Shown: positions 1-7,692, counted from the first letter of the stretch. The stretch: DNA of 16,331 nucleotides from Vulcanimicrobiota bacterium (GCA_050250895.1 JBFWNU010000010.1:197796-214126), one strand, 5' to 3'. Made by a program: numbers and translations. Notes: generated by a model not told the origin, from the letters alone.

Positions 1-1475
1 TCCGCGCGGAAGAAGGCACCGCCGTGCGGATAGGCCTGGGTCGGCCAGCCGCGAGACACCTGGTCGACTTCCGCGCGGAAGAAAGCGCCGTGCGGACAGG
101 CGACTTCCGCGCGGAAGAAAAGCGCCGGCCAGCCCGCGAGAGACCTCGGCAACCTCCATCTGGAGAAAGCGGCGCCCGCCGGACGGGTAGGGGACTTCCG
201 CACGGAAGAAAAGCGCCGCCGGGTAGCCAGGCCCGACCAGGCCGCGAGCCGCCTCGGCGACTTCCAGCTGGAAGAGGCTGGCCCCCCCCCGGGCCGGCCA
301 GACCGCGAGACCCTGGTCGACTTCCGCGCGGAAGAAGGCGCCGCCGTGCGGATAGGTCTGGGCCGGCCTGCCGCGAGCCACCTCGGCAACTTCCACCTGG
401 GCAGGCGACTTCCGCACGGAAGAAGGCGCCGCTCGCCAACGGCCCGGGCCGACCAGGTCGCAAGAGACCTGGCACTTCCAGCTGGAAGAGGCTGGGCCCC
501 CCGAGTTGCCCGGGCCGGCCAGCCGCGAGACACCTCGGCAACTTCCACCTGGAGAAAGCGCCGCTGGCGGGCAGGCGACTTCCAGCTGGAAGAAGCTGCG
601 CCCCCGAGTAGCCAGGCCCGATCAGGTCGCGAGCAGCCTCGGCAACTTCCACCTGGAGAAAGCGCCGCTGGCGGGCAGGCGACTTCCAGCTGGAAGAGGC
701 TGGCCCCCCCCGGGCCGGCCAGACCGCGAGACCCTGGTCGACTTCCGCGCGGAAGAAGGCGCCGCCGTGCGGATAGGCCTAGGTCGGCCAGCCGCGAGAC
801 ACCTGGTCGACTTCCACCTGGAAGAAGCGCCGGCAACCCTGCCCGGCGCACGCAGTCAGGCAAGTGCAAACCGGAAGAAGCCCCCGCCCAGACGAGGCCC
901 GAACGACTTGGCGACTTCCGCACGGAAGAAGGCGCCGCCCCCGCGGGCTCGGCCTCGACCAGCCCCGAGACACCTGGGGGACTTCCACCTGGACCCAGCC
1001 CGACGAGGCTGTGAAGCCCGGCGACTTCCGCACGGAAGAAGGCGCCGCTCGCCAACGGCCCGGGCCGACCAGGTCGCAAGAGACCTGGCACTTCCAGCTG
1101 GAAGAGGCTGGGCCCCCCGAGTTGCCCGGGCCGGCCAGCCGCGAGACACCTGGTCGATTTCGGCGCGGAAGAAGGCGCCGCCGCCGCGGGCTCGGCCTCG
1201 ACCAGCCCCGAGACACCTGGGGGACTTCCACCTGGACCCAGCCCGACGAGGCTGTGAGGCCCGGCGACTTCCGCCCTGAGAAGCCGGCCGGACCGGGTCG
1301 CGATACACCCGGGCGACTTCCAGCTGGAAGAAGCTGCGCCCCCGAGTAGCCAGGCCCGATCAGGTCGCGAGACACCGTGGGCAACTTTTACCTGGAGAAA
1401 GCGCCGCCGAGGTAGCCAACGACCCGACCAGGCCGCGAGACTCCGGCGACTTCCGCGCGGAAGAAGTCGCCGTCG
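1..1475. repeat. Degenerate tandem array of ~27 palindrome-containing monomers (modal period 65-69 bp), truncated at the window start
   Basis: Core (G/A/C)ACTTCC-N4-GGA(A/G)(G/A)A recurs at about 1 (partial), 66, 102, 151, 193, 259, 319, 388, 407, 473, 540, 577, 644, 681, 740, 809, 862 (degenerate), 913, 980, 1023, 1089, 1156, 1223, 1266, 1315, 1383 and 1448, all in one orientation. Linkers are mutually related (most end in ...ccgcgagacacctg/cgg). 13 of 26 spacings are 65-69 bp and 16 of 26 are not multiples of 3. Confidence 0.93.
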
Positions 1476-1513
1476 CTGGCTCGGGACCAGCCAGGCCCTA
1501 ACCTTGGCTACGG

Positions 1514-2143
1514 TTAAGCCAGGGCTGGCATCTGGGGGAGGGCCTTCTGGAAGTAGTCGAGTTGTCCCATACGGTCATACCAGGCCATGAGGTTCGAATA
1601 GCCGTCGAGAGGCAACTTCGCCAGGCGCCAGTGGCACATCGAGGCGGCCAGTGCGATGTCGGCCAGGGTGGGCTTATCGCCTAGCACAAACTGACGGTCG
1701 GCCAGGTGGGCGTCGAGCACGGGTACGTAGCGTTCGATCATCTCGAGTCCCTTTTTTAGAGCCCACTCGTCCACCTGGTAGCCCTCGATAAAATTGGGAG
1801 CCATCCGTTCGAAGGTGGCCAGGCCGATACCTCGACCGAAGTGAGCCAGTTGCCAACTCAGCCAACGGTTGGTCTCGGCCCGACCCCTGAGGTCCCTGGG
1901 CAGCAGATCGCTGTCGTGCTTTTCGGCCAGGTAGAGGATGATGGCGTTGGACTCCCACAGCACGAAGTCGCCGTCTTCCAAGGTGGGAATGAGGGCGTTG
2001 GGGTTGACCACCTTGTAGTCGGGCTTGTGGGTTTCTCCCTTGGTCAGATCGAGTACGACCTGTTCGGGCTCGAGGCCGAGTTTGTGCATGACGGCCATGA
2101 CCTTGACGGTGTTCGGTGAAAAGGGAAAGTGATAAAGCTTCAT
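1514..2143 (-). CDS. Glutathione S-transferase family protein
   Basis: N-terminal GST domain motifs MKLYHFPFSPN, NPNALIPTLEDGDFVLWESNAIILYLAEK. C-terminal FVLGDKPTLADIA and YSNLMAWYDRM. 209 aa; GGGAG RBS-like sequence upstream of the ATG. Confidence 0.95.
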   Translation of the reverse strand: MKLYHFPFSPNTVKVMAVMHKLGLEPEQVVLDLTKGETHKPDYKVVNPNALIPTLEDGDFVLWESNAIILYLAEKHDSDLLPRDLRGRAETNRWLSWQLAHFGRGIGLATFERMAPNFIEGYQVDEWALKKGLEMIERYVPVLDAHLADRQFVLGDKPTLADIALAASMCHWRLAKLPLDGYSNLMAWYDRMGQLDYFQKALPQMPALA

Positions 2144-2185
2144 AGACTAAACTCCCTGCTAGGTATTCGCTTGCGCGGAACGGAT

Positions 2186-2202
2186 ACTTGCAAAATGCAA
2201 GT
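2186..2202. promoter_or_regulatory. Putative operator of the HxlR-family regulator (perfect 7-3-7 inverted repeat)
   Basis: ACTTGCA-AAA-TGCAAGT lies in the short intergenic region between the divergent GST and regulator genes. Confidence 0.7.
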
Positions 2203-2219
2203 GACTTTTCCTGCTGAAC

Positions 2220-2639
2220 ATGCTAGGCTCTTTTACCGTGAGCTTTCCTTTTGAACGAAGTGCTTGCCCGGCCGCGGCCACCCTCGACATTCTGGGGGAC
2301 CGTTGGACCATTCTGGTCTTACGAGACCTCTTCGTCGGAAAGCAACGCTTTGCCGAGTTCCTGGCCTCGCCCGAAGAGATCTCGACCAACATCCTGGCGG
2401 CCCGCCTCAAGCGGCTCGAGGGACTGGGGCTGGTCCAACGCGAGCGCTATCAAGACAAGCCGGTTCGCTATCAGTATCGGTTGACCGCCAAAGGGGCCGA
2501 CACGCTGCCAATCTTGCAGGCTGTAGCCCGCTGGGGCAACAAGCATCTCGAGGGAACCTGGCAGCCGCCAGCCGGTTTCTATGACCTCACCCCCGAGAGT
2601 TGGCTGCAGGCCCAACGAAGTCGACCGAAAAATTGGTGA
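2220..2639 (+). CDS. HxlR/DUF24-family winged-helix transcriptional regulator (true start may be GTG 2238)
   Basis: RSACPAAATLDILGDRWTILVLRDLF-GKQRFAEFL...ISTNILAARLKRLE..GLV.R...Y.LT.KG is the typical HxlR signature, including the N-terminal CP cysteine. Confidence 0.93.
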   Translation: MLGSFTVSFPFERSACPAAATLDILGDRWTILVLRDLFVGKQRFAEFLASPEEISTNILAARLKRLEGLGLVQRERYQDKPVRYQYRLTAKGADTLPILQAVARWGNKHLEGTWQPPAGFYDLTPESWLQAQRSRPKNW

Positions 2640-2641
2640 TT

Positions 2642-2661
2642 CCTTAACATTTTTGTCACAA
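2642..2661 (+). promoter_or_regulatory. Possible OmpR/PhoB-type direct-repeat site (TTAACA-N5-GTCACA)
   Basis: AT-rich 11-bp-period direct repeat upstream of the FHA protein gene; 15/20 identical to 13818-13837. Confidence 0.3.
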
Positions 2662-2731
2662 CTCCTGTCCCTCGTTCCAGAGGCCCGTCAAGATTACGGA
2701 GCTAGGATACAGTCAGGAGAGAGTGTGCAAA

Positions 2732-5197
2732 ATGGCTAGTAATACTGCGAGTGCAAGTCGCGCCCGGAGCGCGCCAGCGCGCCCAAAAGGCGCGCCCCAA
2801 AAACAAACTCGGTCCGGCAATCGGACCAGTTCTACCCAGCGAACCGCCCGGTCGACCCCGAGCCAGAGAACCAATGGGTCCGGCTCGGCCCAGCCGGGGC
2901 GGGGTTCTTCGGCCCCCTCGCCTGCGTCGGCGGCTCGGGAACAACCCAGTGCCAGGGGAGCCTCGTTAGCCACGGGCCTGGGGCAGGCCTACGCCAACCC
3001 CGCCCCTCGTGAGGGCCAGCCCAGCCTGGCCAGCGGCCTGGTTGACGGTGTCAACAAGGTGCGTCAGGGGTGGTCCGACGGGGCCACGGGCCTGGGCCAT
3101 TTCGTCGGCAACGGCCTGCGCTGGGTGGGAGACACCGCCGGCAAAGGCCTGGAACTGGGGGCTAAGGGGCTGGGGGCGCTGCCGGCCGCCGGCCTCGATG
3201 CCCTGGGCTTCAAGGGAGCCGGCCAAAGTGTTCGTGACGGAGCGGCTTTTGTCGGCCGTCAGGCCCACGGCGCCGTGGGAGGTCTGGGAGAGGCCGCCGC
3301 AGGGCTGCCTGAGGGGCTGGGGCATCTGGTCGGCTCGCCGATCACCACCGCTCAGAACCTGGGCAACCTGGCTCTGGCCGGCTCTCAGTTCACCCCCTTC
3401 GGACCCGGTCTCAACGCGGTCCGTTCGCTGGCCACGGGCCAGAGCACCAAGGCTATCGTCAAAGGCGATCTCAAGCTGCTCGGCGACACCGGCAAAGGAA
3501 TCGCCGACCGCTACAAGCAGACGGCGGCCAAGCACGGCTTTATCGGCGGATTGACCCACGCCCTCGGCGATGTAGCTGCTTTGGCCGTTCCTGCCGCCGG
3601 GCTTTCTCGGGCTGGCAAAGCGGGCCAGGCCGCCAAGGCGGGCCAGGCGGCCGAGGCTGCCACTACAGCCGGCCGGGCCGGTCAGGCCGGCGAAACCGCC
3701 GCCACCGCCGGGCGGGCTGGGCAGGCGGCCCGGACCGGCCAGGCGGGCGAGGCTGCCACGGCCGCCAGAGCCGCTGGCGAGACACCCCATGCCCGATTGG
3801 TGGGACGTCCGGCTAACCCTGTCGGCGAGGCAGCTCAGCCAGGCCAGCCCCCTCGCGCTCAGCAGGCCGTCCGCGAGGGCGAGGCCGCCGCTGCTCAGGC
3901 GGGGCCCCACCGCCTCATCGGGCCCGACGGCAAGGCTTTTGACCTTCACACCAGTGGCACCAGGCCGGTAGGGCGGTCGGCCGAAGGCCCCGGCGCCATC
4001 AAGCTCGACTCGCCCCAGGCCAGCCGCAACCACGCGGCCCTGCGGGTGGAAGACGGCAAGGTGCTCGTGCGTGACCTCGATTCGGCCAACGGTTCGTTTA
4101 TCAACGGTCAGAGGCTAAAGCCCCACGAGTTCGTCGAGGCCCGGCCCGGTAGCGAGATTCGCTTTGGTGACCAGAAATTCAAGCTGGGTGAGCCGCAGGC
4201 GGCCCGACCTGCGGCCCCGCTGGCCGGAGCGCGTCGCTTATCCGCTCAAGAGGGCGAGCGCATCGCTGGCAGTGCCAGAGTGCCCGAGAGCGCGGCCCGT
4301 CCCGGGCCTCTGTCAGGCGACTTGACCCCCCTCAAGGGCATCGACAACCAGTTCATCAAAGAAGCCGGTCTGCAACCCAGGCACCAGGTCAGTGTGGGCG
4401 GAAAGGATGTCGCCTTCTCGGATCCCTTCAAAGCGGGCCGCTACGACGCGGTGCTGGGCTACGTCAAGGACGGAGCCGGCAACTACAATGTCCAGCCCTT
4501 CTATCGCAGCGGCTCCCAGGGTATCTGGCGGGCTCCGTCCCACGGTCAGGTCGGCAGCGGCTGGTTCGGCAAAGGAGTCGGCGGAGAGGCTAGCACCAAT
4601 TTGCCGATACCCCTCCAGAAAGCCCTCAACGGCGCCCTCGAGCAGCGTCCGACCCTGAAAGGGTTCGACGGCCAACGTGCCTTTTATGGGGCTCAGCGAA
4701 CCGGGGTCGACGACTTCGCGGCGGCCGTCAAGCCTGAATCGCTGGGTAAGTTCGACCGCGAGTTGCCGGTGCCCGGGCCCAAAGGCAGTTCGGGTGCTCC
4801 CGATGCGTTTCGCTATCACAACCCCCAGCAGGCGCCCAACTTCTCGGCTGGACCGGTGGACAGCTATGGCTTCAAGCATCCTATTCATGGTGACATTAAG
4901 GCCCAGGTTTTTCCCAGCCAGGATGGCAGCCTGCAATACGCCTTCTTCAGAAACCAGAAGAACGAACCGTGGCTGGCTCAGGTCGACGCTCAGAACAGCC
5001 CGATCAACCAGTTTGGCGTTCGCCAGCGCCCGATAGAACCCGGCGATCTGGCCAACCCGCGCCTGGACTACGCCGATCAGATTCCGGCTCAGTATGGTGG
5101 CTACAAGGGTCAGAACTATATCGATGCTGGTCGCTACGTCGACGAGTTGCCTATCATCAGGGATTATCGGCGCTATCTCGAAGGGGCGGGTCAATGA
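2732..5197 (+). CDS. Large FHA-domain protein: disordered N-terminus, Gly/Ala-rich hydrophobic region, AGQA repeats, FHA domain, uncharacterised C-terminal domain (candidate polymorphic toxin/effector)
   Basis: FHA motifs VGRS...SPQASRNHA...VRDLDSANGSFING...EIRFG at ~3968-4170. AGGAG at 2715-2719 precedes ATG 2732 (GTG 2723 is an alternative start). The toxin interpretation is inference only. Confidence 0.8.
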   Translation: MASNTASASRARSAPARPKGAPQKQTRSGNRTSSTQRTARSTPSQRTNGSGSAQPGRGSSAPSPASAAREQPSARGASLATGLGQAYANPAPREGQPSLASGLVDGVNKVRQGWSDGATGLGHFVGNGLRWVGDTAGKGLELGAKGLGALPAAGLDALGFKGAGQSVRDGAAFVGRQAHGAVGGLGEAAAGLPEGLGHLVGSPITTAQNLGNLALAGSQFTPFGPGLNAVRSLATGQSTKAIVKGDLKLLGDTGKGIADRYKQTAAKHGFIGGLTHALGDVAALAVPAAGLSRAGKAGQAAKAGQAAEAATTAGRAGQAGETAATAGRAGQAARTGQAGEAATAARAAGETPHARLVGRPANPVGEAAQPGQPPRAQQAVREGEAAAAQAGPHRLIGPDGKAFDLHTSGTRPVGRSAEGPGAIKLDSPQASRNHAALRVEDGKVLVRDLDSANGSFINGQRLKPHEFVEARPGSEIRFGDQKFKLGEPQAARPAAPLAGARRLSAQEGERIAGSARVPESAARPGPLSGDLTPLKGIDNQFIKEAGLQPRHQVSVGGKDVAFSDPFKAGRYDAVLGYVKDGAGNYNVQPFYRSGSQGIWRAPSHGQVGSGWFGKGVGGEASTNLPIPLQKALNGALEQRPTLKGFDGQRAFYGAQRTGVDDFAAAVKPESLGKFDRELPVPGPKGSSGAPDAFRYHNPQQAPNFSAGPVDSYGFKHPIHGDIKAQVFPSQDGSLQYAFFRNQKNEPWLAQVDAQNSPINQFGVRQRPIEPGDLANPRLDYADQIPAQYGGYKGQNYIDAGRYVDELPIIRDYRRYLEGAGQ
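3607..3783 (+). repeat. Intragenic low-complexity repeat encoding (AG[KR]AGQA...)n linker
   Basis: Translation AGKAGQAAKAGQAAEAATTAGRAGQAGETAATAGRAGQAARTGQAGEAATAARAAGET. Confidence 0.75.
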
Positions 5198-5658
5198 GTC
5201 AAGAGATGGTCGAGTTTCTGCTGGAAGAGGCCTCGCAGGCTCGCCGCCAAGCGGTCGACCTGGGACTCTTGCTGGTCACGGCCCGGCTTCTGGCCGGCAC
5301 GAAGACGCCCGAAGCCGGACTGGTCGAGCATCTGGCCACCAGCCTGGCCGAGCTCTCGGTCGGCCCCGCCCTCGAGGACCTCGAAGCCTACTTTCAGCGC
5401 GTCGATGCCATCGAGGCGGCCGGGGCCGGTCCGGTGGCCGACCCGCCCCGCCGGGTTCACCTCGAAGACGAGGCGATGGAGTCATTGCTGCTCTGGCTCG
5501 AGACGGCCGAATATCACGCCGAGTTGGTGCGCGGTGGGGCGAGCCCCAAGCAACGGGAGGCCAACCGTCAGGATTTCGAGGACCTGGGCCACGAGTTCGA
5601 GCCAGAGACCGTGGGCCTGCTGGCCCGGGCTCTGATCGAGAGACTTAAAGCCACCTGA
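5194..5658 (+). CDS. Small acidic helical hypothetical protein (154 aa), candidate immunity/partner protein
   Basis: ATG 5194 overlaps the upstream TGA (ATGA), indicating translational coupling. Starts MSQEMVEFLLEE and is Glu/Asp/Leu/Ala-rich. The listed upstream extension from 4969 overlaps the preceding gene and is unlikely. Confidence 0.75.
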   Translation: MSQEMVEFLLEEASQARRQAVDLGLLLVTARLLAGTKTPEAGLVEHLATSLAELSVGPALEDLEAYFQRVDAIEAAGAGPVADPPRRVHLEDEAMESLLLWLETAEYHAELVRGGASPKQREANRQDFEDLGHEFEPETVGLLARALIERLKAT

Positions 5659-5698
5659 TGCGCGAATCGCCGCAACCTTCGGCCCGGCTACGCATCAG
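5655..5698. terminator. Possible hairpin between convergent genes
   Basis: CTGATGCG (5655-5662) and CGCATCAG (5691-5698) are inverted arms with an inner GCCG/CGGC stem. No U-tract. Confidence 0.25.
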
Positions 5699-5703
5699 AT
5701 GGG

Positions 5704-7692
5704 TTAAATCCGAGGGCCGTCGGTGCCCGGCATGAACTGATCCTTGAGCTCTTCGGTGCGGGTCGAGCCGGTCAGGTTCGACCCGTCCAGGCTGTTGAGA
5801 TCCTTCTGGGACAGGTTGATCTTGGGAGCGAACGTCTTGCGGTGGATCTCGGCGGCCAGGCTGCGCAGGTTCTCGTCGAGGTCTCCTTCGACCTTGACCT
5901 CGGCTCGGGCGACCACGGTGCCATGATTGTCGAGCACCGTTCCCATCAGGCTGGCCCCGGTCGTGGTCAGCTTGATGTCGAGGCCCTGGCCTCGATGAAA
6001 GCGAGGGCTGCGCAGCAGCATCTTGCGCACCCGCGAGAGCTTGCTGTTGCCCGAGTCATCGATGGTCACGGGCAGGCTGATGTCGAGAAAGCGGATCATG
6101 CCGGGCACGGTGTCGAGCACCTTTTGAAATCTGGCGTTGGCCTCGTCATAGCGCCCTTCGGCTTCGAGCAATTTTCCCTGGGTGGCCAGGGCCCGCGCCC
6201 GTAGCGTGTTTTCTGAGGCCGGCAGGTTGGCGATTGCTCCCTCGAGCGTGGTGATGGCCTCTTCTCGGTCGCCCTGTTGGGCCTGCACTTCGGCCTCCAT
6301 CACCTGCAAATAGGGCAGTTCGAGGGTCAGGCTCTCGGGCTTGCTATCGATGACCTCCTGGATGGCCACGGCGGTGGTGCCGGCCCCGTAGAGGCTCACC
6401 AGTTCAGGGCGCTGCCAGTTGGGCATCATCACCGTTCCCGGGGCGTAGCTGTAACGGATACTCTTGGAAATGCGGTCGTTGCCGGCCGCGATGGCAGCGG
6501 CTCGGGTGCCCACCAGACGAGCCTCGCTGCGCAGTTTGCGCGCCTCGAACATCAGCTTCCACCAGTGCAGCCCCCGCGACCACGACCGTTCCTCATCGAG
6601 CGATTCGGCCCGGGCCAGCAAGGTCGTGCGATACATCATCAGGTTGCCCGCTTCCCATTGGTCGCGGTGCACGCTGTCGCCGCCCTGGCGGTCGGGTCGC
6701 GAGACGAAACGGCGGGCGATTTCGGTGGCTTTCTCGGTCTCGCCGATCTGCAACAAGGTCTCGCAGGTGATGTGTTGATTAGCCGCCCACGACTGTTGGG
6801 CCAGGAAGGGTCGGCTGGCAAAGCTCCACTCGTGGGTCTTCTGCAGAGCCGAGACGGCCTCGGCGAAGCGTCCCTGGGTCAGATAGAGGGCGGTCAGATC
6901 CCACCAGGGGTTCGAAAAACTGTAGGGGTCGAAGTAGCGCGAAGCCTCGAGAAAGTTGCGTTCGGCATCGTCGAAGCGACCGATGGCGGCGGCCGCCTCG
7001 CCAGTGTTGCGCAGATACGTGCAAGTCTGGGTCCAACGGTTACGCTCGATCTCGACGATGAGACTAGAAAAGGCTTCGTACGAGGCCTGAGGGTGACCGG
7101 TCTCCATTTCCAGCGCGCCCAGCGTGTTCCAGTAGTAGGAACGAGTGATTTCGTCGCGATACTGCGACACGTCCTCGAGGCGCCGGCGCGCCTCTTGCTC
7201 CTTGCCGAGCTTCATCAACGGCCAGGCGTAGGAAGCCAAGATTTGGGGAGGCCGCTGGGAGAAGAGGGCCTGGGTCAAGCCCAGATAGTCGTCGAGGATG
7301 TCGAGCTGTTCCTGGTAGAGATCCATCTCGCCGTTGACCATCTCGAGTTCGCTCAAAGTGCGCTCGTACCAGCCCCAGGGGGTGGTGAAGGCGGGCACCG
7401 GTCCGTACTGTTGCCGAAACAGTTTGCGGGCTCGCTCGAGATGAAACTTCGAGCGGGGCAGGTCGCCTTCGGAATGGTGCAGGGAGTAGCCCATCAGATA
7501 GTGCCCGGGTACCGACTGGGGGTTGTTCTGGATAATGGCGCGGGCCTGCTCGCGGAGGTCGATGAGCTTTTGCTGCTCCAGACTCTTGAGGGCATTCAAC
7601 TCTTCGGCCGTGCCGTCCATGGAATTGCTGACCGCCCACACGGGCCAAGCCGTCAGCAAGAGCAGCAATATGAGCCTGGCTAGAAATCTCAC
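5704..7692 (-). CDS. Exported tetratricopeptide-repeat (TPR) protein
   Basis: GTG 7692 overlaps the MoxR stop (GTGA) and gives a signal-peptide-like start MRFLARLILLLLLTAWPVWA. TPR-like units include YYWNTLGALEMETGHPQASYEAF, YLRNTGEAAAAIGRFDDAERNFLEA, LYLTQGRFAEAVSALQK and QGKLLEAEGRYDEANARFQKVL. Confidence 0.85.
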   Translation of the reverse strand: MRFLARLILLLLLTAWPVWAVSNSMDGTAEELNALKSLEQQKLIDLREQARAIIQNNPQSVPGHYLMGYSLHHSEGDLPRSKFHLERARKLFRQQYGPVPAFTTPWGWYERTLSELEMVNGEMDLYQEQLDILDDYLGLTQALFSQRPPQILASYAWPLMKLGKEQEARRRLEDVSQYRDEITRSYYWNTLGALEMETGHPQASYEAFSSLIVEIERNRWTQTCTYLRNTGEAAAAIGRFDDAERNFLEASRYFDPYSFSNPWWDLTALYLTQGRFAEAVSALQKTHEWSFASRPFLAQQSWAANQHITCETLLQIGETEKATEIARRFVSRPDRQGGDSVHRDQWEAGNLMMYRTTLLARAESLDEERSWSRGLHWWKLMFEARKLRSEARLVGTRAAAIAAGNDRISKSIRYSYAPGTVMMPNWQRPELVSLYGAGTTAVAIQEVIDSKPESLTLELPYLQVMEAEVQAQQGDREEAITTLEGAIANLPASENTLRARALATQGKLLEAEGRYDEANARFQKVLDTVPGMIRFLDISLPVTIDDSGNSKLSRVRKMLLRSPRFHRGQGLDIKLTTTGASLMGTVLDNHGTVVARAEVKVEGDLDENLRSLAAEIHRKTFAPKINLSQKDLNSLDGSNLTGSTRTEELKDQFMPGTDGPRI

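Noticed and set aside
24-1384. ORFs 24-611, 346-1014, 506-1279, 864-1349, 779-1384, 856-1308, and a repeat protein with a GDF(R/H/Q)xEE motif
   Set aside because: The motif hops among all three frames because most spacings are not multiples of 3. Core variation is non-synonymous and symmetry-preserving. The ORFs are Arg/Pro/Gly-rich products of stop-poor GC-rich repeats without RBS.
1-1475. CRISPR array
   Set aside because: Inter-core sequences are homologous and re-used rather than unique spacers, repeats are heterogeneous, spacing ranges from 19 to 69 bp, and no cas genes are in the window.
1-1475. Classical REP/BIME cluster or integron attC array
   Set aside because: Units are all in one orientation (BIMEs alternate), there is no GTAG/GGAG-footed REP pattern consistently at the stem base, no GTTRRRY/RYYYAAC ends or cassette ORFs, and no RAYT or integrase in view. 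A distant REP relationship cannot be fully excluded.
4969-5193. N-terminal extension of the 229-aa ORF
   Set aside because: It overlaps the FHA gene out of frame; ATG 5194 with an ATGA overlap is the more plausible start.
6277-7683. 468-aa plus-strand ORF and other long antisense ORFs (2966-4033, 4313-5194, 9432-10082, 14402-15568)
   Set aside because: Shadow ORFs opposite well-supported genes, expected from high-GC codon bias; no motifs.
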